DNA of 63,729 nucleotides, filler included, from Atractiella rhizophila (Eukaryota): NCBI GenBank assembly GCA_021432655.1. It is 8 parts of 7 records of this genome, joined end to end, with 100 filler letters (N's around TTAATTAATTAA, not from the genome) between each part and the next. Parts side by side here need not be neighbours in the genome. Positions count along the whole stretch, not along the records: positions 50,520 to 55,239 come from MU271320.1; positions 55,340 to 60,642 come from MU271320.1; positions 60,743 to 62,452 come from MU271321.1; positions 62,553 to 63,729 come from MU271348.1; 4 more parts are not named here. One strand, 5' to 3'. Shown piece by piece: positions 51,236 to 63,729 of this stretch (position 1 is its first letter; each line of letters starts with the position of its first letter). The notes under the pieces were generated by a model. It saw only the letters and a program-made list of their open reading frames with translations, ran no database searches and was not told where the DNA came from. The position numbers and the translations under genes were made by a program.

Positions 51236-53153
51236 GCATTGAGTAAAACCCGTTCTCGTACTTGCATGATACACAAAGAGTATAGAGCGATTTTAACACG
51301 TAACCGGTTCGACCACAGTACGGAGGAACAAGAACGAATACATTATCGTTGTACCTCGATCTCGATAGTCGATACATACATGGTTGGAGGACCCTCGTGG
51401 CACTAGACGAGGAAAGTCTACGAAGAGAGCTGCGGTGCGATCGACAAACAACCACGCTTCAACTGCAGTTGATGCGCTTCAAGAACGGCAACTTAAGATG
51501 CTCTCGGAGCAAGACGTGACGATCATAGGACAAAACTCTACGTGGGTCGTTAAAAACTCGACGAGTTTCTTTGTGAACCCTCACTTAAGGTTATGCACCG
51601 TTCCAGACCTTTGTATCAGGTTGTTGAACGACTTCTACCCTCCTAACAGGCTGTAGATAAAACGTTCCAGCAGTGGAGTTTTACCCTGTCTCTAGTCCAC
51701 TTCCATGACGTAATCTAGAAATACAACAATCGTCTTGACTTCGACTACAGATACTATGTATCCCTCTCCGTCTTAGATAGTTTCGTAACGTAACACGAAG
51801 TCCCCTTAACAGAGGATTAGAGATACGAAAGGTCCTTTGGCTTCTCCCTTGCCAGTACCATAGCCCAACCAGTTCACTTAGAAGATGTTATATGCAGACA
51901 ATTGTCGTACGCCGTGTCTAAAGAAAGGCGGATTTGGGTTGAGAGGACGATGGGATGCACTTGAACCATGTGAAGATCGGAGTTTCCACGTAGTTATAGG
52001 AAGTGGTTTACCGTCTATGCCCAAAGTACATTGCTGGGTAACACCTGAATGTGGAGTTCTATTATGAACCCTTCTCTCAACCGAACAGCACACGAAAGAG
52101 TCGGACTCGAAAGCATCGGAGTGATAAAGACCGCGCCTTGTCAAAATGGCACTAGCGTCTAACTTCGTGGAGGAGGCGGTTTATTTACTGTTTCTCTACC
52201 ATCTGGAACCCCTTGTTGACACGCTAGTTCACACAGGAAAGAATAACCTCTTAAAGCCCGGTCGAGGGTTCGGACAAGACGAAGTGCCTCTGAACCAATC
52301 GGAAAGAACTATTTGCGTATTGTCTTGCCATTACCGCTGTTTCACCAGGCCTTTACACAGCTGAATATGACTGCTTCTACCTTCCGTTTTCGGTAAGTAG
52401 AAGCTACCGAGAAGTATGATGCCTGTAGTACTTCGTCTGGATCCCTAGTACTTGTACAAGCCACCGTGCATAGTCGAGGTCTTTAGTCCTACTAGTTGAC
52501 TTCGCGTGGAAATATCCAAAACCAGGTTGAAAGAAGCTCCGTATAGTAAGTCAAGACGGTTTCTCAATAGGAGTGATGGGGCTTGCTTACTTCAACATGC
52601 TTGATATAGTAGTGGACTTAGTAATGCACGAGAAACCCACACAGTTAAAGACAGGTATGAGGTAACATGAATGCTGCTGATGCAGTATGTTTCGCTCTCG
52701 ATGTCTAAGCCGCGACACTTTGAGTACTTCCTCAATAATTGGAAGAACCTTTTCTTTACTCTGCACTTTGTTGACGTAACATTTAAACGAAAGCACGTAT
52801 ACTAATGTTCAACAACATATCATTGGTCTTGGGTCACCCTTTTCGTCAGCATCATAGAGAACTCTCATATGTTATTTCGAACTCGGACAGAACGTATAGT
52901 AAACACTCGTCACTTGAAACGGTGTCGGTCGATGTCATATTGGTGTTTAGAGACTTTGATGGTTGCTCAGAGCGTGGTACAGTGGCGACATGCTCGAGCT
53001 ACGGGATAGAGCGAAGTGCGAGGGTCAACGGTCATTCGAGATGGGCTCAAGGTATACAGGATGGTACCTATAACAGCAAGAGAGGAGTCGTCTAAGACCC
53101 TTCAATACCACAATATCCTACTTGCCACCTCTTGACCAAACCTGAACCCTTAC
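51236..53153. other. Block reversed without complementation (mirror-image assembly artefact)
   Basis: 53136-53153 (CCAAACCTGAACCCTTAC) is the exact letter reversal of 51193-51210; the plain complement of the block carries spliced genes. Confidence 0.93.
51539..52760. CDS. Fructosamine-3-kinase family protein, readable only as the complement read left to right (minus strand once the block is corrected)
   Basis: MHPAIFELLK..., GEAESIKAL, SPNGRYGFHVTTHCG, QDNTWEESW, PVLLHGDL/WSGN, FIFDGSSYYGHHEADLGIMNMFGGF, RMKLYELYHHLNHYVLFG; six ~50-nt introns. Confidence 0.92.
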
Positions 53154-53227
53154 TTGAAATCGTCGATAGTTAATTCATTCTACTCATGTAAGATCTAGAT
53201 ACTGAAGAACCTGACCACTGCTTGTGC

Positions 53228-55239
53228 CTACTCCCCTTCCGCGACGAATGGTGTGGGGACTCTCTCATGCCTACTTGGATGTGGCTGCTTGTATATAAAG
53301 CCTTCCATTTGCTCCTTTAGCACGTCATTGCCAGCCGCTGCAGCCACGAAGCCAAGGTATGGAGGAGAAGGATTTAACGGGCGTGTACACAACTCAGGAT
53401 GAGACTGAAGGCCGACGTAGTACGGGTGGTCTGCGCTTCCCCTTCAACGGACTCCCAGGTTATGAGACGCTAGATCGGCACGCACCAAACACCTCGAAAA
53501 TTTGCATCCTCTCCCCCCTGTCATCTCGGCCTACGAAGCTGATCCCACTGTTCTCCAGTTCGTCAACCATCAATGGATTGACCTCATAGCGGTGTCGATG
53601 GCGTTCCCACACTTTGTCCCTCCCTCCGTAGAGACGTCTCATGATCGATTGTGACTTGTGACGTGATTGAAAGATTGTTGGTCTAAGGCCTAAGCGTTGG
53701 GTTCCGCCAAGGTGCGTACGGGATATCTCAGGCATGTAAATGATCGTCTGATGCTCAGTCTGAGGATCCAACTCTGTAGAATTAGCATCTATTCCACCGA
53801 GAATGAGCTCTGCATAGTACATCGAAGAGGACAGACCAAAATGGCCGAGGACGTTTCTTGCCCACTCGATGACTGCGACCTGGAAACCTAAGCAGATGCC
53901 TAAGAAAGGTACTTTCTTTTCCCTGGCCCATCGAGCAGCTAGAATCATCCCTCCTGTTCCACGAACGCCGAAGCCGCCTGGTATGATTATACCTCTATCT
54001 CCGCTTGAATTTTAGAGCATTATCAAAAAGAAGTTGTACGGACGATGCGCTGCAGAGGGCGTGCCACGCTTCATGATACTCCTTCGGTGACTCCTTTTCA
54101 GCCTGAGGCTCGAGTGATGACGAGTCCACCCACTATCCCCGTCTGTGTAAGTTGAGATGGAGGAGGGAGGCACAAAGCAGGCGTACGGTAAGGACCAGTT
54201 TTCGTCTGCAGCGGAAGGATGCGTGTTCGAGGGCTTTCACCACACTGGTGTAGCTGTCTTTCAAGCTCGTGTATTTGCCAACGAGCACGATGTGGACTTT
54301 ATCATGGAGTCGCTCTTGCCTATCGATGCTGTCAGGTCATGGCGCAACGAATGAAGGAAACCTGCTGACATCTCCGTCATTTCTTTCCACCTTCTCATTA
54401 ACTCTTGCCCCTCTATTTCCGCTTGTACCCCTCGTAAGGAGATCACAGCCGGAAGGTTTAGTCGCGATCCGAGGAATTGCTGTCAGCACGGTCAGAAACT
54501 GAAATTTGAGGGTACCATACAGGCGTACGAGCAAACCTTGCTCTCGAAGGAGAAGGGGGACATGATATATACTCGCAACGTCGTGTACTGCCAACACCTG
54601 ATCAGGTCCGACATGGGTAAAGTTCGAGATCTTTTGCTTTATCGCTTGATTCAGAGGCGATGAGCAGCGACAAGCAATCTCGATAATGTCATGTTAGCAT
54701 TCATTTACACATGAGCGAATACGCTTACAAGATCAGGGGTTAGGCCGAGACCTCGTAGATCTTTGACACTTGCCTGGGTTGGCTTTGTTTTCTTCTCCCC
54801 ATGAATGTCAGGGACAAGCGAGACATGGATAAGAGCGAAGCTGGCTCTGAATTAAACTCATTGAGCCTCTGAGGAGAGACGTACTTGTCACTTCCCACCT
54901 TAAACTGAAATTGTCGGAGCGCCTCCACGAACTGCATGCTTTCAATGTCACCGACGGTTCCTCCCAGCTATACGATGGAATCGTCAGACGGTATGTCATT
55001 GGAGAAATCGTTACCTCTATAATGCAGACATCCGCTTCCTCCCCGCTGTCGTCAACCGATATCCGGGCTGCGTTCTCAATCCATTCTTGTATCGCATCGG
55101 TGACATGAGGTATGACCTGAACCGTCGAGCCCAAGTAAACGTCCCCCTTCCGCTGACCAACTCTTTAGGGACCAGCTACACTAATAATTAAAGAAAGGCA
55201 CCTCATTTTCAATGACTTGATTTATGATCTTGCCTGTTG
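53228..55239 (-). CDS. URA7: CTP synthase, 5'-truncated by the spacer
   Basis: [67 protein letters not shown]. Confidence 0.95.
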
Positions 55240-55339
55240 NNNNNNNNNNNNNNNNNNNNNNNNNNNNNNNNNNNNNNNNNNNNTTAATTAATTAANNNNN
55301 NNNNNNNNNNNNNNNNNNNNNNNNNNNNNNNNNNNNNNN

Positions 55340-58044
55340 AAGTGCGAATCATCTGCGAGAGTCTGACGATGAGGAGAGGGCGACGCTGGATGCAATACCT
55401 GTTAAAAAGGAGAATATCTCCACCAATGGCCTGTATAATGGCGTTTCGAACGAGTATGGTCACACGAACGGTCGAGGCAAAGACAAAGTTGCTGAGCTGA
55501 AGGAAACCAAGGAGGCTCTTTTGGCAAGTCGCATGCTTTTACCAGTGTGGCATGGTGCTCGAGCCCTTCTATTAAACAGAGTTTACACTGAAAGGTAATT
55601 GGACAGGCAAAGACCGCATAATTGAGGCTTGGAAGAATGAAGAGGTGCTCATCATTATTGGGGAGACTGGGAGCGGGAAGACAACACGTAGGTTTCTCCC
55701 CTCTGTCTTAAAGCGTCAAACTGAATAAGGAGAATAGAAATACCACAATTTATTCTTGAAGCTTCGTCAACATCTACAATCGCCATTACCCAGCCAAGGC
55801 GCTTATCTGCTGTCAGCATTGCTGCACGGGTGGCACAAGAGGTAGGGTGCTCCCTCGGCACACAGGTTGGATACAGCATCAGGCTTGAAAATGTTACAAG
55901 TAAGGAGACGCGAGTGAAATTCCTGACGGATGGGACGTTACTTCAAGTGCGGTCTTCTTTTCAGCTGTCCTTGCTTTCTAAGTTAATCTAGGAAATGTTG
56001 GGAGATCCACTGCTCGAGGAGTATGACACGATAATCATAGACGAAGCGCATGAGCGCTCACTTCGCTCAGATATCCTTCTTGGTTTTCTCAAGACCATAC
56101 AGTCCTCGTCATTGCGTAATAGACCTCTGAAATTTATTATCATGAGTGCTACTTTGGATGCCGAGCTGTTCCTCGACTTCTTTGAACGGTATTTCTCTTG
56201 ACAATACTTGCATAAAGGCCCTAACGTGTTTATGAGCTAGCAAGGCAAAGGTTTTGCACGTCCAGGGTCGCACCCACGAGGTCAAGGTGAATTATTTGAA
56301 GAGCTCAACCACAGATTATCTCGAAGCGGCAATTTCCGCCATTTTCCATATCCACCTAGAGTTACCCCCAGGCGACGTCCTTGTCTTTTTACCAGGTAAC
56401 GACTTTCGGTTACATGACTGTATCGGACCTCAGTCATGTTCTCATCTAGGGCAAGAAGAAATCAATGCAGTTTTACAACGAATAAACGAAATCGTTGACC
56501 GGTGTAAAACAAAACCGGTGCGTGTTTTACCCCAAAATTGTGTTTCTGATTCAAATAACCATGATTGGAAGATGAACGTTTTGCCTCTGTATGCCAATCT
56601 TTCCCATACCGAGCAAGCCAGAGTATTTGTCCGCACACACGAACGCAAGGTCATTCTCTCGACCAACATTGCAGAGACGGGTGTCACAGTGCCTGGTATT
56701 AAATATGTTGTCGATCCTGGATTGGCAAAAGTGAAACTGCTGGATGCTGGCTCTGGTCCGTTGCTCGCTCTTCATATTTCTTCACAGAACACCAACCACA
56801 CTAGGTATCGAGCAACTTTCTCTCCAGCCCATTTCACAATCCTCCGCACATCAACGTGCCGGTCGCGCAGGACGAGAGGTATGTACTGCTACCTTTCTCA
56901 GCCCTAACTAAGGAGCGACGGCTAAGGCACCAGGCGTTGCTTACCGTCTCTATCCGGAGTCAACGTTTAAAGCTCTCGACCTCAACACTCCTCCAGAGAT
57001 TAAGCGGATAGGTCTTGACCACGCAATGTTGCACATGCTTGCGACTGGCGTGAAGGATGTGTCGACGTTCTCGTATCTCGATCCTCCTGACTCGGTATCT
57101 TGTGAGCATCGCCTTCCGCGGTGGTTCCTAAAGAATCAAACTCATTCGCAATTGCTGCAAAGTGTCCTACGCCCTCAGAAGGCTCCAGTTTCTAGGAGCT
57201 GTGAAACCAACGAAGTCTCAAGAAGAGCCCTATCAATTGACAGAGCTGGGGACGAGAATGGCTGGTCTCCCTCTCTCCCCCACTCTGTCTAGAGTACTTC
57301 TCGCTGCTTTCCAGAACGGCTGCGCTGCCGACATCATTTCCCTCGTTTGTCTTCTCGAGCACTACGAAAAGATCTGGTCTTCTTCCTCCAATTCGCAGCT
57401 CGCAGAAAGGAAGAGGGCATTTATGCACCGGGAAGGAGACCATTTAACATTTCTTAACGTTCTGAGGGCGTTCGAAGAGCTGAAGCAAGAGGGAGGAGAG
57501 CGCAAGAGATGGTGCCAAGAAAACGGCGTGAATTGGAGAACCATGGTGAAAGTGCTGGAGAGTAGACGACAATTGGTTGATCGCTGTCGGCGGTTAAAGT
57601 TGGGCGACACGGAAGCAAGTGTTCTGAAAGGGAGAAGCGAGGATCCAGCTGCAGTTGATACGGTACTGAAGACTTGCACAGTTGGATACATCTATAACGT
57701 TGGCATTAAACACGACGATGGCTTCCGATCTACAGTTTCTAAAACCGTATGTTTTGCCTGCTCTTACCACCTATCTGGTGAGCGTTTAACCGGTCTTCGA
57801 GCTAGACCTTCAAGATTCACCCAGGCTCTGCCTTACACAACCGACCGGCAGTGAAGGCTGTCATTTACAACGAGCTAGTGCGGTCTTCTTTATTTGCGCT
57901 CCTACATAGAACTCAGCCTGTAAACAGCTCCACACTTCTCAACTCTACGCGAGAGTTGTGTCAAGAGTTCAACCCGCTTGGATACTCGAAGCGCAGAAAG
58001 GAGAACTACATGTTTCTTTGTCTGCCACATCGACATCGGCCTAA
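55340..58044 (+). CDS. DEAH-box RNA helicase (DHR2/DHX33-like), 5'-truncated
   Basis: [46 protein letters not shown]2 region (LTELG..MAGLPL.P), EGDHLT. Confidence 0.9.
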
Positions 58045-58273
58045 ACTTATATTCCGCTCATGTGCTGTCTCTTTTGTTGAGAAACGATCTTCAGAACCAC
58101 ATTGTAGAAGTGTGTTATTTCATTCTAGTCATAGTGATGTATAGACTCAGGATTTTTATGTAGAACAATTCTCACTGCGTTACACTTTCAAAAGTTTTCA
58201 ACCATCGATGTTTACTCTTATTTATCGAATCTTGTCTGAACGTGGAATATGAGAGTCCTGACTCCCACACAGC

Positions 58274-60061
58274 TCATGGTAGTCTCATAATCACAATCCC
58301 CGCCCGATCCAAATCCACCTCTTTTTGAACGATCTTGGAGTCTCTTGTTCTAATGGCTGATTCGACGATGAGTTCCAGCGCAGATTTAACGGCGAGCTCT
58401 TTCTCGCCTCCTGCTGTGATCACTGCATCTTCTTCTACCTTTGCCTTGACAGTTTCATCCGCCGCATCCACTGTTTCACGCTTCGGAAGCTCTACCCTCT
58501 CCCAATCGATGCACAAGTTCAAAAACTCCCACAACACGGTGATCAACCCTTGATACTTCTTCTTTCCCCCCTCTTTCTCCTCGGAAGGCAAAGGTATTTT
58601 CTGAATTTCCCGTAGGGTCATGGTATCCCATGCCTGCAATGGACTGCCTTTCAAGGCTGGAATACAAAGCGTCGGACAACCATTCAGCAGTTGGTACTGC
58701 AAGATGGACTCCCCAGGACGAGAGGACGACGTCCACAGCCCTGCCCGATGAGGTTTGAGGCCCAAGATGAAGACGATGAGTCGGCGTGGTGGTGGTTCTT
58801 CAACGGGAATGAGTTCTTCGGAAGAGAGACGTTTGGTAAGAGAAGAAACGGCATTCATAGGATTGAGCGAAGAGAGAGATGATGGAGAAGGGGTGTCTTG
58901 TTGTGTAGCAGGCACTGGCGATGCAGGAGATGGAGTCGCTGGTTTGGTGAGTTGGATGGCGATAATTGATTCTGCAAGAAGGCGGGACGCAAGTGCGTAA
59001 TCACCTTCGAGGAAGGGACCGTGGGAGAAAATGATATCCGGCGACAACTTGCGTGGGATTACAGGTCTTCGTGAGGAGGCATAAAGGTATGGGCAGAACC
59101 ATCCCTTCGAAACTGACCTATGCGAAATGTTAGGTTTTTATAGTATTGTACCAGGACGAATCCAAACAAATATTCCTTCACTGGGTTCGTGAGGCTTGAC
59201 CAGGAACCCGTTGTCCAAGTATTTTCCGAACCCCATAGATCCGTTGATTTATGCACTTTATCACTGCCTTTGAAATAGCCTAAGTAAGCATCCGAGAGCA
59301 TATGCTTGTACTTCAGAGTGACGGTCATCGTCTTAACGTCCTAGCATTGGTCTTGGTTAACTGTTCATGTGCAATTGGAAGAACGAGCCTACAGTTGTAG
59401 TAAGTATTTTAATCCTTCTGTCACGATAGACATCGTAGCCCTTTTTGTAAACCAAATCCCCTAACAGCTCATTCGCAGCCTGAAACCGCCCAGTTGCTGA
59501 ATTGTACCACAGCTCAAGTTATGGAAGAAGACATACATCCGTCGTCGCTTTTGCAGCAACGTTAGCAGCAACATTGACACCGATCTCGACAAGGATCGAT
59601 CCACCCGCGAGGCTCACTACCTCAGTGACAGCATGGCTCACAGCTGGTGCTGCAAACACAGCTGTACCCCTGCAAGATCAGATCAGCAAGAATACCTTAT
59701 AAGCTAGCGTGCGACGGACCCGGTAGCCGCAATCACTGTGTGAATGACCACATCTCTAAATCTCTGCTTAAAGTTCAGCGAAACAATCCTAGCGTTTTGT
59801 GTGGACTTACTATGCATGGAAGTAGGAGCGGATTTGCATCCCCCCACGGTGAGAGACACAAAATTGAAGTGGATGCCTTGAGCGTTTCCAGAGAGGCAAA
59901 AGTCATACGCCCAGGGAGAGACTTGATGACCTTTAGCACCAGAAAGAGCGCACCACCTCTCTTACCTGCACGATATGACGAAGGAGCCAATTGCTCTTCT
60001 CTTCTCGCTCAGCGTCTGACACATGGCTCAAATCCACGGGGGCAAGTTCGGATGTTGCCAT
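58274..60061 (-). CDS. Hypothetical protein, multi-exon
   Basis: In-frame exons from MATSELAPVD... to the 257-aa last exon with GLKPHRAGLWTSSSRPGESILQYQLLNGCP...DRAGIVIMRLP*. Confidence 0.7.
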
Positions 60062-60431
60062 TGGATAAAGAGGGACCAGAATCACAGACGAGAGTGAAGC
60101 TCAAAAGCGGAAGAGATGGATGCTGCTATGCACATTCATTCACAACCTCAGCTGTGCCTTTTGTCCGCGCTTGGTGTTACTAAAATTGTATTCAAGTTGG
60201 CAACACCTGCAGAACGTTTGACTCAACTGCCAGTGCGACTGCTAATGCATTTATAACGGACAAATTTGCTCGGGTCAAAACATCGTCAGCGCGTCAGCCT
60301 TGACATAATTCAGCTGAGTTGCCTTGGAGGCTCTGGAACTTTTATCAAACCTTATCGGAGTCTCAGGAAATTTGTTCAGCTCTTCCTCAAGTTCGAGTTG
60401 TTCTCCTTCTTTACTGTAGCACACCTGAGCG

Positions 60432-60642
60432 ATGGACCTGACCAATCTCCTAACGAGCGCTCGACCTTCGAAGCAAGAATATCAATCGGATGATGAGGCA
60501 CCATCCACATCCACCGCTCACAACTCAGGATCAAAAAACAAGTCAACATCCTCCTGGAAGGGATTAGGTAAGTCTATCTGTCTGCTATGCATATTTTCTG
60601 ACGCTTTGTGATAAAAGGACTTTCACCATCTCTTGTGAAGGG
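60432..60642 (+). CDS. Probable DEAD-box RNA helicase N-terminus (start of the Q motif), cut by the spacer
   Basis: MDLTNLL...SSWKGLG/LSPSLVK across a GTAAG..AAG intron resembles the F/W..LGL...L Q-motif start. Confidence 0.5.
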
Positions 60643-60742
60643 NNNNNNNNNNNNNNNNNNNNNNNNNNNNNNNNNNNNNNNNNNNNTTAATTAATTAANN
60701 NNNNNNNNNNNNNNNNNNNNNNNNNNNNNNNNNNNNNNNNNN

Positions 60743-62452
60743 CCAAAGGGACTGGAGTCGCCTTGTCAATATTGTCAAAGAGATCCCCAACTGTCGCTCG
60801 CATTTCCGCCAACTTTTCATTCGCGAAGACGACGTCAACCTCTAAGCGATGAGTCTCGCTACAAGTCTCATTATGCTTCTCGAAGAACCACGACGGAATA
60901 TCTCGCTCGCAGATCCTGCATAATTCGGTTCTTTGAGGGTATTGGAAAGGATTGAATGTTGGGCTGAATTCGACGTCTGGTCGACTGGGTAGTGTCTTCG
61001 TCGCTTCTGCTGGCGCTGGCTCTGCTGCCTGTCGCACAACCCACATAGTATGGGAGTTGGCTCCAGTGAGGCGATCATGCATTAACATCCCCTTCCCTTC
61101 CATACTGGCAAAAAGCACCTCCTCCAAAGCACCATCTCCATCGTCAATACTGCGAAGTATCAGTCGGAAGCGAACTTCAACAGTATGGGAATCGTCTGCT
61201 TCGAGCGCGTGGGTAGCTTCACGGAAGACAAACTGGTCATCCTCGTATAGAAAGTCCGTTATTGGCCGACCGATAGACACCACAGGATCCAACCTAACCG
61301 AAAGATCAGGGCAAAGGTGCGAGTAGAAAACTAAACGTACCCAACGAGATGTAACCAGATCGGACTCACATACTGGACATGTTGATCCTTCAAGCTGAGC
61401 TCCAATAATAAGGTGCCAGTTCGAGCCTGCTCAACGGCAGATTTAAAGGCGTCATTGGCAGGTTCCGCATTCGTGTCAACGACGGAAGGAGGAATCTTGA
61501 AATCCCCAGTCAGACTAGTGATATCTTCTGTAGTGTCCAGATCTTCTGACTCCAGGTGAGTCGTAGAGATGGAAGTCGGAATATGGCGCTTTGGCTCTCC
61601 GACATCAGCCACCACTGGGCTCGCCTTGGCTACGAAGAGGATCGGTTCAGTGTCGTGCTCGTCACCGCGATCAAAATTCCAGAATCCTTTCTCAGCTTCC
61701 CACCATTCAACCACCCTGCTTAAACCTGCAACAGCTAACAACAGCTGAACATACCACCCTCTGCAGGCCCAATCTGGATGATCATCCCATGCTGTGCCGA
61801 TCTGCTGAACTCGCTGGATGAGTCCGGCGCAATGTCCAGGGTGATTTGTGAGTGAGGAGACCGGTGTATCGAGGATTTCTGTTGAAACAGCAATGATGTC
61901 GAGCAGAGTTTGAACAAATGGCGAATTCTGTTGAGTGTCATTCACTGAGAAGGAGTTGTGGCCACTGCGGTTAGGAGAACTCCAATCTTGAGATCGATTC
62001 GGTAACATTGTCATCGGAGGTGGATCTCCAGGAATGGTAGGATGGATCATGGGAGAACGCGAGCGGGAAGTCGAACGCGAGCTCGAGACCGACTCTGAAT
62101 GTCGAGTGACCTGACTGTGGCTTCTGGCCAGTCGCGTAATATCGGCAGGTCGGGCATGAGAACCAGTCAATCGTTTCTCCGACTTGCTGGATCGAACTGG
62201 AGAATGAGTCTCAGAATAAGTTTGGGGACGCCCCATTGACTGCCGACGCTTGAGAGAGAGCGGATCTCTGCTTGTGGTAGGGCTAATCGATGGACTTTGG
62301 TTCTCAGCGATGATTCGGCTGACTTGACCAGAGCCATCCTTCGGTGGTGGTGCCAACGAATTAGGTCGACTCCCACTCCTGCTCGGGACCTCGCCAATCT
62401 CCTCCATCCCACTCTCATCTCCTACATCCATTGCTCCATCGCTCTCCATAGC
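60743..62452 (-). CDS. RIM15: RIM15/Cek1-like PAS kinase, internal N-terminal fragment
   Basis: GWYVQLLLAVAGLSRVVEWWEAE, PAS region (YVSPIW...MEGKGMLM..SHTMWV), zinc finger LCRICER..P.WFFEKHNETC..TH; kinase domain not in this contig. Confidence 0.8.
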
Positions 62453-62552
62453 NNNNNNNNNNNNNNNNNNNNNNNNNNNNNNNNNNNNNNNNNNNNTTAA
62501 TTAATTAANNNNNNNNNNNNNNNNNNNNNNNNNNNNNNNNNNNNNNNNNNNN

Positions 62553-63261
62553 ATGTGGGAAACTCCTTTCAATGTCAGTCGTTTCACTGGGATGGTGGTG
62601 TGGTAGAGAATCGGCGCGGTGAACTGATGCAGAGAGTGTAGGAAGTCGATGCTTCGTTCCCATGCACAAAGAACAGGACGAACAAAGCCATTGATCCCTC
62701 CATGGTGCGTCTTCATCTCCTCCCTCCTACTCTCATCTTCGTCGAAACTAATGGGGTCACGTATAGTATTTGATGAACCACTACCTCGACACCACCTTCT
62801 CCCTCTCCCTCGGTACCACTCCCACCCAAGTCTACATTCCAGCCACCGACCAACTCAACAAGACCAACGCCGCCACCGGCGTCCAGAGCATTGGAGAACA
62901 GGTCGATGCCTGCGTGAAAGAGTGGGGAGCTCCGCCTACCTTTGTGCTCGTCGACTTCTACCACGTCGTCAACGGCAGCGTCTTCCGTGCGTCATCTCTC
63001 ACTCTCCCTACATGCTTTCATCTCACACTGACCATCGATCATGCGGTGCGTACAATAGAGGCGGCGGCAAACATCAATGGCGTTTCTTACGTCGCTAGGC
63101 AGGTCGGGAACGGCACCGAGAGCTCAAGCACTAGCACCAGTGGAGGTAGCGGAAGTAGCGGTGGAAGTTCGAACGACAACAGTGCGGCAGCTGGAAGGCG
63201 AACCGTTGGTTTCGCTGCGTTGATGGGGTTGTTGGGCATCGGACTCGGCGTGCTTGTCTGA
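62553..63261 (+). CDS. PI-PLC-like phosphodiesterase, C-terminal part, probably GPI-anchored
   Basis: MWETPF, LMNHYLD, TNA..G..SIG.Q...C...WG.PPTFVLVDFY, Ser/Gly-rich linker, hydrophobic C-terminal tail. Confidence 0.75.
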
Positions 63262-63729
63262 TCATATTTCCCCTTTTTTATGGCCATTTGCCAGTCAGTT
63301 CAGTATAGTTATGGACGGACCACTGTGTGGACGGTTTTCTTGATGTCTCCTTCCCTTAGACATTCCGTTCTTGGTCGTCTATTTGTACTCTCCTTGTGGA
63401 GACGAATCTCATTCGCTCAAATTGACACTCTTTCACTTCCTCAAACTAATATTACTAGTCCTCTTCAATGTCCAGTTGAAAGTGAAGCCTTCTCCTGTTC
63501 ATCGTACCTGTTGGAGAATTGCCATTCCTCTCTACCTTCTGACACTGAGGTCCTCAGGTGATGGAGAATTGTAGACAACAATACCTTCCAAACTACTACG
63601 AACCATCAAAAACCATCGCTAGGAAGTCTCGCAAGACGTAAATTCAAATCAATCGAAAAAAGTCAACTCAATCAATCAAAAGAAGTTTATGAGTAGCTGT
63701 AATGAGGACCAAAGAAATCGCAAATTCCC

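Noticed and set aside
51236..53153. Mirror block as a real 3'-to-5' coding system, or as a degenerate retrotransposon
   Set aside because: It abuts an N gap, splits a conserved gene and overlaps the flank by 18 nt, all expected of a software error; no transposon motifs were seen.

Overview
Intron-rich fungal genomic DNA (basidiomycete-like genes, ~50-nt introns; species not determinable). The window is several contigs joined by artificial 100-nt N/TTAATTAATTAA/N spacers, so adjacency across spacers is not biological. Most genes are housekeeping: CCT4, MSH5, RPL17, NCS2/CTU2, URA7, an ARO8-like aminotransferase, a URH1-like hydrolase, a SARAF homologue, DEAH and DEAD helicases and RIM15. There are also three F-box-like proteins, a BVMO, a methyltransferase, a short Zn2Cys6 protein and a Helitron 3' end. 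Main observations: (1) 51236-53153 is reversed without complementation; its plain complement read left to right encodes a complete spliced fructosamine-3-kinase gene and the missing 5' end of APC4, both invisible to six-frame translation. (2) A secreted Cys-rich, possibly KP4/Ecp2-like domain is spliced in frame to a GH5 beta-1,6-glucanase-like domain; this is the best candidate for new biology. (3) Two gene-splitting tandem duplications (4139 bp and ~851 bp) and a 96-bp in-frame F-box duplication. All calls come from manual reading, with no database searches.
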